Source: Nageia nagi (lineage: Eukaryota; Plantae; Pinophyta). Taken from it: a DNA stretch of 64,000 bases. The stretch is from positions 137,206,001 through 137,270,000 of the forward strand of contig JBITNC010000001.1 of assembly GCA_050084985.1 (NCBI GenBank), given 5' to 3'. This document shows, piece by piece, positions 41,146 to 55,012 of this stretch; the stretch's first letter is position 1, and every line of letters starts with the position of its first letter. Below the pieces are notes generated by a model. It was given only the letters and a program-made list of their open reading frames with translations. It had not been told where the DNA came from and ran no database searches. Both the position numbers and the translations under genes were made by a program.

Positions 41146-41230
41146 AGTCCTAAACTTTGTTGATTTGTTTACAAAGCCCCTTCTTGAAGATCAGTTCTTC
41201 AAGCTTAGGGAGTCTATTAGGTTGGTGAAG
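41146..41230 (+). pseudogene. C-terminus of copia RNase H (element A)
   Basis: NFVDLFTKPLLEDQFFKLRESI matches the copia ADIFTKPL motif. Confidence 0.8.
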
Positions 41231-41986
41231 TTTTTTTCAAGGGGAAGTGAAGATTGAATTCTTATTAAATTCATTTTTGTGATAAAAAATTCATCTCTAG
41301 GAGGATTTTTTATTTGTATAGTGTTGATATTTTTGTGTGCACCTTCATGGTTAATTCACTCTATGTGAGGAACTAGTTATACATGTTTGAGCATATGATG
41401 GCTCCTACTAGCACTATTTTAGTTATCAATATGTGAGGAATTAGTATGTGCATTTTAGCATTGTTTGCTTATCCATATATGAGGAATTCATAAATGCTAA
41501 TACTCTATTTTATATATTGATCAACACATGTTTTATATATTTAGTGACTATCAGTATTGGTTTGGCATCTTCGTGATGACTTGTAATGCATCATTGATCA
41601 ATTTATAGAAGGTATTAATTGATTTATTTAGCTTATATTGATATGAATGCTTATACGATGTATCTGATTGATTTTGTTTATAAGCAACTTGTATCTTGCA
41701 GATATCTTCTTAAGATTGTAGGTTACCTACTCAACTGCACATGCTCCTAGAGGATCATCATGTCAACTTGTTATTGAATGACTACTTTGTACATTGAAAC
41801 CAGTTACGATTAATGATTGTATTATAAATTATTTTTTCAAATGGTAATGTAATGAGCCTCAATCTAATATCTTACTTATTTCTCAATATATGTAAATGTT
41901 CTCATTTTTGATTGTATTTCTATGGAGGAGAACTCTCTCTTTCTTCTCTTCTCTTTGTTGTATCCCAATATTGCATTAAGGGGGAG

Positions 41987-42547
41987 TTTTGGAATGTATA
42001 ATGCATTATTGTAAGGTCTCTTATTATAATCCACTTAATACTTAAGGGTATCCTTAAGCACCTCAAGTATTTAGTGAATATGGTAATATAAATTCACTAA
42101 TACTTAAAAGTATCCCTATATACGTTTTAAGTATTTGTGAATAAAATAATTTAACTAGTCCTACACTTCATCTCATGAGCATGCCCCTTAGGTAAAAGGG
42201 TGATGCATCACATGACATTATACAATGGTTAAAAAAATGATCCAATGGAGGATTTTTACCTATAAATAAAGGGGTATCTCCTTGAGATTACTCATTCAAG
42301 TTTGTAGAAATGTTATGCTCTAGGATTGTTAGGAGAAGTGAGAAAGAGTTGTTGTAAGAGAGTGCTCTTTGAGAATAAGAAGATCTTAAATTAGTGGATG
42401 TACTCCCATGGTTGGAGAAACCATTTTATATTGGTATCAACTTTGTGAGATTGGCTATTGTGTTTATGTTATTATGATGATGTTTTAGAAAGCTTCGATA
42501 AGATCTTGGTAGAAGAGGAATTTAGTCACTTAGGCTTAGTTATTTCA
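41987..42547 (+). repeat. 3' LTR of copia element A
   Basis: Homologous to 6952-7513; followed by TSD AGGAT. Confidence 0.92.
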
Positions 42548-42852
42548 AGGATAGAGTTTTTCTCTTCAAAAAATATGTTTTGTGCATACCCTATGATCAT
42601 TATAGACCATGAAATTATTATGATGTATCATAATTGAAAATTATACTATATGAAATGAAATGATTTTACCCTATAGACATAGATGTAAATGAAGCAAAAT
42701 AATTTATGCAATGTTTATTGGACACTTAGCTCATTGTTCAAGGTCTAAGACTGAGTTTTCTAGGTTATTTTTATAGGTGTAGTACACTTGGCAACCTACT
42801 CCCCAAGAATAGTGCACCAACAAAACTATACCCCATGCATAGTATGTCTAGC

Positions 42853-43466
42853 TATAGATGCCTAAAAATGGATTATTATTTATAAAATAATTCATTTTAA
42901 AGCCTCAAGGAATATGTATTGTAAATAGGGTTAAAATATACCCAAGGCAATGGAATGGACCATGGTATAATATGCTAGGTGTAAACTATCAAAGGAGACA
43001 CCATAAATAATGTAAAAGCCAATTATCCCAAGAATCAAAGAGGATTAAAATGTTTCTATAAAAGAATACCAAAGGCAACATAAATGAAATCGATATATAT
43101 CAAGAAAGAGAAATGAAAATATGTAATATCATTCTATCCAACCAACAATGTTATTTTGTAACACCACCTTTACATAGATTTGTTAAACCCTTCATCTTGC
43201 TTTTGTACATATTTATTTCCATTTGTAGATCTAAGTATTTCATGTAGCCCATGACATGCTCTTATTTCATTGGCAATGTTTGTTTCTTATGGTATAATGT
43301 GGTGATTTATGTATGATCTCTTTTATTTCATTTGGATACAAGTTTAATGAAGGTACATTGCTTATCATGTTTGTTTGATGCCATATTTTTGATATATACT
43401 TTAATAATATATCGTAAATAAATAGTGTGCATCAATTTATTATTCATGCATTATTTTAAGTCTACA
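42853..43466 (+). repeat. 5' LTR of element E
   Basis: First ~130 bp closely similar to the LTR start of element C; PBS follows. Confidence 0.85.
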
Positions 43467-43589
43467 TTTTGGTGAACCTGATTGTTTGGATTAATCTTAC
43501 CCTATCAACAAGATCTCATGATATTTTTGTAAGGAGTGTAGGCTATTAGCAGTATGCATAGACTATTTTCAAACCATTATTAGCATAAA

Positions 43590-46500
43590 ATGGATCCAAC
43601 CACAACATAGATAACTAAATTGATAAAATTAGTGGAAGATCTAAACAAATAAATGGCTTCACTACAAAGTTCAAGCAACAACTTGCAGTTAGTTTTAGAT
43701 CTAGCAATTGTTGCAAGGTTAACCAATCTTGAGAATAGCAACAAGTTCTGGTTAAAAGAAAGAAGATTATAATGGTGTCTTCACCTCACCTATGACATAT
43801 GATATCCATAATTATCGCCTACCACTTGAACATAAGACCCCCAATTTCAAGACGTTTAGTGGTGAAAAAGACCTAAAGTAGCATCTTATCAAATTTCAAA
43901 AGGAGTGCTTATTGAATTAGGATCGAACAAGAGATTGATGGTCAAATTTTTCCCAAGGAGTTTAAAAGGTAACACCATTCAATGGTTCTATAAGGATTAA
44001 TAAATTCATTCAATTCATTGGTAATAGTGTTCATGGGTCAATACAAGCATAATTTTAAAGAGCAAGGAACTATTATAGAGTTATATGCAATGCACCAAGG
44101 AAATAGTGAAACCTTAGAGAAGTATATTCCAATATTCAAAAAGGTATGGAAATCTATTCATAGTAAATTAGATGAGAATTAAATTTATGGTATATTTAGA
44201 TATTTTATTTTACTAATCATTAATTTGAATGCTCCAATTGATAAGAGTATTGGATTTGGGGTATTAGTAAAATAATTATTGAAAAAAGAGAAAGTTATAC
44301 TTGGGTTAGGAGATCTCAAGTATACATATACTCCTTACAATAAGGAGAATCATAGGACATACACAAAAAGGAGGAAAAGATAGTGAATATGGTTGATGCA
44401 CTTATATCCCCATCTAAATTAACAAGATTGGCTACAACAGGAGAAAGAAGGTATACATTCCCAATTCAACCAAGGTTTATTATGAGAGATCTGATGAAAA
44501 GAGGTTTATTATAGCCATTAGAGAAAACAACACAAGATGATAATAATCTTATGGAAAAATACAATGCTTATTGCACTTATTATCAAAGAAAAGGTCATGT
44601 CATAATTTTTGCAAAGCATTAGAGATAGCAATTTTGGATCTTATTACCTAAGGGAGATATGAAATTGATCAAAAAGATTCAGATCCAAAAGTAATAGTGA
44701 ACATAGTTTCAATTTATAAAGAATTCTATGCTGGATTATGAAGAGGACATCCAAGACATTCCAAATCTAATTGTTATTGAACAAGTAAGTGTCCCACCTA
44801 ATCCCAAAACTTATAGCATAATTGAACAATTAAAAACTAATTCTGCCAAGATTAGTTTGTATGATCTCATCTCTACATCTAAAACACATAGAGAGATATT
44901 ATGTTCTTTATTCAAGAAAGAAACATTCCCTACAAATATTTCTATTTCCATGTTTTGATAAAAACTTAGATCTATTCAAGAATGTGATGTGATCTCATTT
45001 TATAGATCTTAAAAGCTTAGTAAAGAACTCCTTACAAAATGTTTAGGTTTATATATCACACCTATGATATATGGATGGAAGATAAAAAGAACATTGGTAG
45101 ATAATGGATCAACTGTTATTATATGTTCTTATAAGTTTTTGATACAACTTCAAGAAAAAGATGTAGAGATACCTTCATTAGAAGAAGCTACATTCAAAAT
45201 TAGGGCATATAATAGTTCATCCAAAAAACCAATTAGGATAGCTATAATTTTGGTTACAATAGGAGTTAGAACAGTTAAAACTCAATTTCAAGTTGTGAAT
45301 TCAAAATTACCATATAACATATTATTAAGAATACCATGGCTTCATGATATAGATGTAGTACCATCTACAGTGCATGGCAGATTGAAATTTGAATAATAGA
45401 GTGAGGTGTACATGGTAATTGATGATACAAAATCATATGCCTTATGTAATGCAGAATATTTAGAAGAATTAACAATGACTTATCCTAGATATGAGATTGT
45501 ATCTTTAGAAATAGGTGCACTAGTGGTAAATAAAGAAAAATAACCTTAGATCACATAAATAAGTATGGGAATGTATAGAATTGAACATCTTGATTTGTTC
45601 ACATCTATCAAATATTTGGGACAATCAAAAAAATTTAGTGTTAAAGGTCATAATTGGCATGCTATACTACTTTAAGGTCACTAGCTACGTGAAAATAGTA
45701 GAGATGATGGGGGATCCCGCTCTATAGCAATAGTATCACCCAATCCAGAGATATCAATGAAAGATTGCATGACAAATGTAATAGGTAAAACCTTTCCATC
45801 TCCTTTTGTTCACAAGTACATGATAAAAGATTGCAAATATAAAGAAGGGGGTTTAGGTAAATCAAGATAAGGAATGTCTTCTTTTCCTACTACTTTAGGA
45901 GCTCAGAAAACTAAAAATAGATTGGGCAATGATTAGAATACAAAATAAACAATGGTATGTATCAATTTTATAAAATAATGTAATTTGATTGAACTTTTTG
46001 ATTATATTGATGAATATTTATGGCTTGATAATACTATACCACTTGATTTTGATGGCTTCAGCACTGATGATGACATTTTAGAATACTTGTGGACACACTC
46101 AAAATTTTCTAAATCTAATGAAAAAAGAAAAACAAGTTACATTCTCAATAAGTATGCATATTTTGGACAAGAAGTTAATTTTAATGAAGTTTTTGAGATT
46201 GAACAAGGAGAAAATGATACAACTGATATTCAAAGATTAGAAGAGTTACTTTCATTGTTATAGAAAAAGGATGAATTAATATTCTCATCTGAAGAACTAG
46301 CAGATGTCAATACTGGGACAAGTGATGAGCAAAGGTTAATCAAAGTAGGAGCAGCTCTTCCAACACTTCATCAAGAAAGGTATAGAAATAAATTTATTGA
46401 GAATCAAAAGAATTTTTTTTGAACTTATGTTGATATGCCTGGATTAGATCCATGTCTTGTTATGCATAATCTACTTCTAAAAGATGGAGTTAACCAAATT

Positions 46501-46839
46501 AAGCATTGTTATTCAAGGAAGAAATAGAGAAATATTTGAATGCTGGATTTATTAAACCAATTGATTATTTAGAATGGATGGCTAACATTGTTCTTGTTAC
46601 AAAACCTACTAGAGAAATAAAGGTTTGTACTTATTTTTGTGATATCAATAATGCTTGTCCAAAAGATGATTTTCCATTGCCTAATATTGATATGATTATG
46701 GATAGTATTGCTAATAATGATACTTTATCTTTTATGGATGGATTTTTAGGATATAACCAAATATTAATCAATTTGACTAATCAACATAAGATTACTTTCA
46801 CTACACCATGGGAAAATATTTTCTGGAAGGTTATGCCTT
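43590..46839 (+). pseudogene. gag, protease, G-patch and N-terminal RT of element E
   Basis: KTFSGEKD gag; LVDNGST protease (ORF 45064-45396); KYKEGGLGKSR*G G-patch ~45830; KDDFPLPNID...MDGFLGYNQI...KVMP RT. Confidence 0.9.
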
Positions 46840-49800
46840 TGTAGATATTCCAAATGTAATGCTTCTCACCATACCTATTTCCAACTTCACAAACGTTAAA
46901 AATTTAGACCTATTTTTTATTTAAATTAAACACTCAAATGGTCTAGGAATGGACAAGGTGATCCACATGAGCACATAAATTTTGCTAGCTAGTCAGCACC
47001 CATATGGCAAGTTTGGTAGAATCTAGAATAACCACTCTTTATTGAAAAAGATTTGGTGTTCACTTCTCAATGCTCATCCCATTAGAATATGCCCCATATG
47101 TGACCCCACCATTCCTATTCATAAAGTATGCAATGGAAATTTAGGTTATGGCATTGTGGTTTCCAACTTGGGGCCTATATCACCCAAGAGAATACTCATA
47201 CATAAGGTTAAATATCTTCACCCGATATATGACCCTCCAATTCATAGGTACAGATAGATTATCCTAGGAAATATTCTATATGTAATGGGTAAACATTATC
47301 GCCTATGGAATAGTCCTCATACTAATATTTGTTGAGACAATCTATCGAGGATATGAGACACTAGCCTACCCATATCTATTGGTTAGGCTCACCATGGTGT
47401 TTGACATCCCTGTGCCCATATATTTGGGAGCCATGGATATTAGTATTTAATACACCCGAGTGGTTTGTTTAGTCTAATAAATTCCATTGGTAATCATGTC
47501 TAATAAACAAAAGCAACAATTCATCAAATGTGTACAAGAAGTTTCAAGCAAGCTTATTCATGAACCCAACAAAGAATATTCAACCATAATTATCCCATAT
47601 GGACAATACGAAGAAATAACATTACTTTAAAAGTACAACATATGTAAAGAATAATAACAATTCCTGTTATGCTTGAAAAGTGGCTATTTCTAGAAAAGAA
47701 TTATGGTGTAGAGTATAACTTAATTAAGGGTCATTTCTTGTCTTTTTCAAAATCAAGATAACTATGTTTTGTCTAGTTTTTCTTTCTAGTAATCAATCAA
47801 TACTTGTCTAGATTGTCAAAAATATATTATTTTTGGTTAATCCCAATCAATCAAGGTCTTAATTACATATAGGACTAGTTTTTCCTTCATACATAGAATA
47901 TGTCCATATCTTAACTCCTTGATCAGGTATGAGTTAACCTTCTCCTAATTTCAAAAGTAATGTACTAAGGTTACAAGACCATCCCTTCACCCTCTACTTA
48001 GAAATCCATTTGACTCTTTATATTGTTATTAATAAAAATGTTCAAGCCATGTTATATCATCATTAATTCTTTAATAATTCATCATGGTTTTGACTTCTCA
48101 TAACAATAATCCATCCTTGACTCTTTATTAATTGGGTAATAGGTTTAAAATTTTTACTTCCATTAATGAACTATTTATGCCTTGGTGTATATCTTATGAG
48201 ATCTCCTATAATTCTAAACTATATTTCTAGTGAACTTAATTTAGTTTTTCTATGATTCTACATATACACCATCCAAAATTTACTTTGAGGCCTTCATAAT
48301 ACATCAATTTTCCTAAATCCATAAATGAAGTTTATTTAATATATTTAGAGGATAAATCCAGCTTGATCATATTTTAGAGACAAGGCATATCAACACTTCA
48401 TTGTTTGTAAAGGGGTAGAGTACATCTTATCATGCATATAACCTTAATTTATCCATTGATAAAGTATTCCATTAATTCACTAAAAAATGAATACATAACA
48501 TCTATTATTGTTCTGATAATCATTTGTGGTTATAATATCTTCCACAAGTCATTGTTCCTTCCATCCTACTTATTTTATCAAATTAGGGTTTGTGAATATT
48601 GTACAACTTGCAATTACCCTACTTACATAAGTATTATCCACTTACATTACCATCCTCATCCTTTGACGAGTCTCCATCCATCTGTTGTTATCCTTGGTCA
48701 TTCATCCAACCAAAAGAACCAAGATGATATGGTGTTGACTACTAGGGTTTAGTTAGAATTTTATGAGAATCATGATAGCTCTTTTGTTTTATGAAATGCA
48801 TCCTATCTAGATGCAACATATCATACAATCTTATTCAATCAACACTCCATATTTAACTCAATAGGTTTTACATCTCTTCAGAGGCTATCTATCTTCCTCG
48901 ATCATGGAGTCTAGTAATTACCATCATGCATCATCCCAATTCAAACCATTATTCAAAATTTAAGTAAATTTCATGCAATATTCCATTCCAGATCTTGATA
49001 GGTTCTAGGTATTATCAAAATACTACCTATGTTCCTTGATCATGGAGTCAAACACAAGTCAAAGATCATGAATATTGAAAATTACACTTTTATAACCAAG
49101 TACAGTCACTTCTATACTCCATTTCATTTTTTATGGATTTTATCAAATTCTCTTTTAAGCCCAAGTAATATTCTCATGTTTGGTATTACTAATAAAATTG
49201 TAAACTTTATTCAAATACATTCGATAAAATTATTTTCATAGTACAATTATAACTTTATCCTAACATTTACTACTAACAAGAGTGAAAATAAATGTAAGCA
49301 TAATTATCTCAATCCCAATTTCAATGAAAATGTCCATTCGATAATAAGAAATCAATGTCTTCCTACCAAAGAATTACCATCATCTCCAATAATATTCTAT
49401 TAACAATTTATAATAGAAAAAATTGTTATTTTTAAAAAACCAATTAAATTAATACTACCTTCTTGAATGTCAAAATCAAGGTTCAGATTAAAAATTCTAT
49501 CCTCAATTAATCTGCCTCTCGAAGAGAACCATTAGCATCAATCACTTTGATGTTTTAAGAGGGGTTATGATTCAGTAGTTTCCTCGATTCATTCTAACAT
49601 GTTAGTAGGGACTACGAATTGCTTGATAAAATGCCTCATCAAAATGTATTCACGTGAAGTAATGATAGTATGATATAAATCATACGCAATCGTGGAAAGG
49701 GTCTATGAAATATTTGACCAAATGCAATCTTATATGAAATATATGGATTCGTTGAAAGAGCCTATGAATTGTTTATCAATTCACCTCATCGAAATGCAGT

Positions 49801-52617
49801 AATCTTGGATTGTGTTTTTAAAACGGATATGTTGAAAGGACCTATGAAAGGTTTCACTAATTGCTTCATCGAAGTTCAGTCTCATGGGTAACAGTGATCG
49901 CATGATAAAAATAAAATGGGTATGTTGGAAAAGCCTATGGATTGTTTGACAAAATACCACATCAAAATGTAGTTAAAATAGAAACGTTAGAGAGCCAATG
50001 AATCGTTTGATGGGGTGCACAATCAAATTGTATTCTTATGCGATGTAATGACCGCTTGATATAAGCAAAAATGGATACATTGAAGGAAGCTGTGAATCGT
50101 TTGACAAAATACCTCATTGAATGCAGTCTCAGGGATGCATTGAGCGCAGTAATGAACGAGTTGAAAGGATCAGTGAATTATTTGGAAAAATGCCTCATCA
50201 AAAATATTGTACTGTTTGCATTGAAAGTGCCTACAAACTGTCTTATCAAAATGTAATCATAACACAACTAATAAGCTGAGAGGATTTGTAAATTATCTGA
50301 TAAAATGCCTTATGGACGTAGGATCTGGATGCGTTAAAAGGACCTGGTAATTGTTTGATAGAATGCCCTCATGGAAGCAAGGTATGCATGCATCAAAAAG
50401 ACCTGGTAATTATTTGACAAAATGCCTCATCAAATTGTGAATGGATACGTTGAAGGAAAGCCATGAATTGTTTAACCAAGTGCCACACTAATGCAGACAT
50501 TATTCGTAGGAAATGCCCATAACGAAGATGTTGAAGGGATCTGTGGGTCTTTTGACAAAGCACCTCCTTGAAATGTAATGAAATGATTGCCCACAAACGG
50601 ATACAAAATGCTTCCTTGAAATACAGGATATGTACAAAATAGTTATGTAGGAAAAGTTTAGTGATTTTTTTTACTAAACGCATCATCAAATTATAAAATG
50701 AAAGTGGATGTGCTCCATGGGCTATGCTGGAAATACCTTCGAATGGTTTGACATAATACCTTACAGAAATGCGAACTTATGGATGCCTACGTGCATTGAT
50801 GGAAAATTTTGCTAATGATTTGAAAAAAATACCTCATCAGAATGTTGAAGAAATCCTACGAATTATTTGATAATATGCCTCATCGAATGCAGTCTCATAC
50901 AGAATGGGTTTTCTAAGAATATTCTGGAGACTTTTATACAAATGCAATTGTTTGGAGCAGAACCAAACTTTGCAATCCTTTTCCAGCATTCATCCAGCAC
51001 GTGTCGTCGTACAGACTCCAACAGAAGGTATGAATATCCATCAAGACTGAAATCACTCATTCTCAAACTCGATAACACAAAGACAAACTTCCCAATCGAA
51101 ATACAAAACTTTTAAATCTAACCAAACATAAGGTAAAATTTTAACACCTTCCCAACATGGCATATACCTTCTCCAACAACTCCCAAATGATCTAACAACA
51201 TACTAAAAAAATCCTGATGACAGTTTAATATGATCATAGTAAAACGGTAGCAAATTAGATAGTGACTATTAAAGAAAACATGGGAGACTTCATATAGGAG
51301 GAAAAGAGGCATAGATTGTCAGACCCATAACCTTCTATTTAATACCTCTGACATTCCCATTACCAACCACAATCTTGTGCTCTCAGAAGTATCATCAATT
51401 GATAGAGATTCGAAGGACGATAAGACTATACGTAATGGAAGAACATAATTACAAGGTGTCAGGCCCATTTGGACTCCAAATAAATCCCTTGACTCACTTC
51501 GGAAATATTTCAATCAATTATTTCTACAAGGTCATTTAATTTCATTTGTTCTTAGTATAAAATAATAGAATAATACAAAAGTACCTACTTTATTCACATG
51601 ATAATGTTTAATCGTAAATTATAACTTGTATTAAAAAATCTAGGAAACTATTTCAAAATTTATAGCAAGCAAATGTTACAATAGGAGAGCACATGGATTT
51701 AAGAGGGAGAAGATTCTTGCCTTCACCTCCTACTAAACTAAGTTTGGGAGAGAGAAGAAGTATTATGGTCACCCACGTAGATATTTATAACCAAAGTTGG
51801 GTATAATATCTCCAAGAATGTGACTATTCATCCAACTCATATATTTTTGTTTGGAAGGTGTAAGCAATTTATTTTTTTGTGGTAGATCTCAAATAATTTT
51901 GTTTGCAAGTATCATATCATACAAAATAATTTGGACCTTTCCTATTAGGCTACAAAAAATTTTCAATTATTTTATACACGTGACATAAGGAAACAAATTG
52001 TGTGGGATACCTTCTCCATTATTTTCACAAAATCCCAAAATAACCTTGTAACCACCAAAAAAATGACAAATAATCCTTTAAACCCTAAATTTTTATTTTC
52101 ATCCAAATTTACTAAATTTCTTTGGTGAAATTTCATATTCAAACAATTGGAATATTCCTTGCAAAAATGGTTAATTAATTTCCTATATAAATTCTAGAAT
52201 GCATATCATATTTTTAACACTCATATTTACCTATGCCGACCACTCATCTTGCAAGGTAATTTGTTAGCGCATACACACTTTGAAATCGAATATTATACAA
52301 AATAATTGAGTTATGCATATATATGATCTATGAAGGTCCTTATGGATGTCAGCAATTCAATGTTAATGATTTCCTCACTTTTACCAATTCGTTCCCGTAA
52401 CCAACTTGTCTTTGATTCCCTAGGGTCTCCAACCTGAATCTCACACTAAGTTAACCTATAACCTATGTCACTATAACCTCGAAGTTAGCATCAAAATGAC
52501 ATAAATGATGCATAATATCATTTATAATCCATTTCATAATGTAAATCATCTTGAATTTAATTCAAATCCCATGAGATCATCAGGGTCATAATAATTATCG
52601 TTGAGTGGGTCGTTACA
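46840..52617 (-). mobile_element. Solo-LTR-like insertion F (~5.8 kb)
   Basis: Splits RT between KVMP and FGLKN; TSD GCCTT/GGCTT; TG...CA termini, minus-strand start TGTAACGACCC; no internal LTR pair or pol seen. Confidence 0.75.
49600..51040 (+). pseudogene. PLS-class pentatricopeptide-repeat-derived array (~17-19 SS-like motifs plus one P/L motif), frame-broken
   Basis: Repeated gaattgtttgacaaaatgcctcatcgaaatgcagtctcatgg = ELFDKMPHRNAVSW; ends with QNGFSKNILETFIQMQLFGAEPN. Confidence 0.88.
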
Positions 52618-53225
52618 GGCTTTTGGATTGAAAAATGTAGGTGCTACCTACCAAAGGGCTATGGTGTTGATGTTCCATGAGCACATTCATAAATCAGTAG
52701 AGGTATATGTTGATGATATCTTAGTCAAATTAAAGTAAGGCAAAGACCATTTAGAGCTCCTTGAAGAGATATTTCAAATCCTAAAAAGGTATAAGCTTAG
52801 ACTCAAACCTCAAAAGTGTGCTTTAGGTGTTACCTGAAAAAAATTACTTGGATTCATGATCTCAAAAAAAAGTATTGAGGTAGATCCTAAGAAGGTAAAA
52901 TCCATAGTTAGCATGCCAAATCCAAGGAACCCCAAGCAAATAAGGACTCTTCAAGGAAAGATAAATTCGATAAGAAGATTCATTTCTCAACTTGGAGATA
53001 AATGTAGGCCATTTACTCATTTGTTGAAAAAGGATGTCAAGTTTGTATGGAATGAAAAATGTCAAAAAGCATTTGAGGATATAAAATAATACTTGTTAAA
53101 TCCTCATGTCTTAGTGCCTATGGATTTTGCAAAGCCAGCATATCTTTATATATCATCCATTTTGTATGCCTTTGGGGCAATGTTGTGTAAGAAATATGAT
53201 GAGAATAAAGAAAGGGAAATATACT
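52618..53225 (+). pseudogene. RT (YVDD) and start of RNase H of element E
   Basis: FGLKNVGATYQRA, VYVDDILVK, ORF 52856-53089. Confidence 0.92.
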
Positions 53226-53928
53226 TGTAACCCAAAATAATACGATTAATTGTTAATGGGGTTTAATTAATGCAATAATAGTCTACTTTATTTTTATTGA
53301 CATATATATAGAATATGAAAATGATTATTAAAAGGGAAACATGTTCATTTTATCCCAATCACATATTTAATTAATTAACAACATCATACATCAAGAAAAA
53401 ATTACATTCATACATTAGCATGTCATTAGCACCTTAAATGTGGCATGCCACTAATGGCATGGAATATTAAAAATTGAAAGTGCAAAAAGAAATGAAAATA
53501 TGCTTAAACGAACGAGTAATCATATAACAAATATGCAATAAAGATAAGAAATAATATTCGCTTGTTACAGATATGATATTCATAAGGGTATCCCTTGGGT
53601 CCTACTCTTCATTTGTCTTTGGTCTTTTCATAGCCTCTGTAACATCCTATAGCCTTAGTAATGATCTTATATCTAATTTTCAATTAATAGAATTTACCAC
53701 CTCCTCTTCTTCAGAGATGATCCCCCTTTTCTCTTTTTTCTTGGTTGCCTTTGATGTCTTTATATAGCAACACTTCTATTACAAGATTTGACCCCTATGT
53801 CATAATATAATGGTCCATTACATGAATTACATAGCTTTGGGTATTTTTAATCTTTTTTTATATAATACATCATTGAGGCTCTAAACTGAATTATTTAATA
53901 AATAATAATTCATTTTTAGGCATATACA
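53226..53928 (-). repeat. 3' LTR of element C
   Basis: Homologous to 61600-62266. Confidence 0.9.
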
Positions 53929-54470
53929 TTTTGCCCCTCTTTGGAGGTGTGATTGAAGCAATAAAATTATATGTCCAAAGATGAAGTGTAGAAGAAGTTT
54001 TTTGAGAACTTTGAACTCTTTGTTACACTGCCCCTTGTTGGAGATGATGAAGATGAGTGTTCTTTATTGCCCCCTTTTGACTTGGATGCCCTAGAAAAGG
54101 TCCTTGAATGGTGCAACCAAAGAAAAACTTTGATGAAGAGTCTCTCTCTAGGAATTATGTTGTGTAGATGATGGGAATAACTATGATGATGTAGCTGGAT
54201 GATCCCATATCCAATTTTGGAGATGGGAGATGTGATTTTTCCCCTTATACTATTCCAACCATGAATCTGGTTGTTCCATCATGTATGATACTCATGAACG
54301 ATTTGTACTTACATCTATGCCTTGAAATAGAGAGGATCTATGATGAAATGGACACTATTAGTGGTGTAGAGGATAGTGTGCACACCACTGATGATGTGAA
54401 TTTTTTTGGATTTTCTTCTACTCTTTAGGATGTAGATACTTGCAATAAAGTGTTAGTCATAAAAATAGGT

Positions 54471-55012
54471 TGGATGCATAGTGAGTTGCATCATCCATTT
54501 ATGATGAGTCAATTTCAACAATCTACTAATGGTTACATCATTAATTTGTCTTTTAAGTGAGTGAACTCTCACTAGCCATATCAATGGCCTTCAATGATCA
54601 TACATTTTATGTTTATGATACGAAGATATTATGCTTTAGATTGGTTCAAAGAAAAAACCATGTGGATACATAGCAAGTTACATCATCCATTGGATATGAT
54701 CCAATGTTAACATCTTTCTCATGGCTACATTATCGATTTACTTTTAAGTGAGTGAACTCCACTAACCGTGTTATTGGCCATCGATGATCATACATTTTAT
54801 GTCTATGATCCAAATACATTATACTTTGGAATGGTTCAAAAAAAATCATGTGGATACATAGCAAGTTGCATCATCCATTGAAGATGATCCAATATCAACA
54901 TCTTACTCATGGTTGCATCATCAATTTTCTTTTAAGTGAGTGAACTCTTACTAGTCATGTCGTTAGCCATCAATGATCATAAGTTTTAATGTATATGACA
55001 TGAAGACATTAT
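54471..55012 (-). repeat. Tandem repeat ~3 x 190 bp in the 3' UTR of element C
   Basis: Units at ~54471, 54663 and 54851; reverse-complement homologue of 15806-16350. Confidence 0.9.

Larger units (their letters stand above)
6952..42547 (+). mobile_element. Ty1/copia LTR retrotransposon (element A) with large nested insertions and most of pol deleted
   Basis: LTRs 6952-7513 and 41987-42547; identical TSD AGGAT (6947-6951 and 42548-42552); Met-i PBS tggtatctagagcc 7516-7529; PPT aagggggag before 41987; copia gag and RNase H remnants. Confidence 0.9.

Noticed and set aside
49600-51040. Functional PPR editing-factor gene
   Set aside because: Numerous frameshifts, stops and shortened motifs; no clear E/DYW domain.
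51118-51513. Two short minus-strand ORFs next to the PPR array
   Set aside because: No recognisable domain; a VYAMLGR similarity to the PPR E domain is too short to support.
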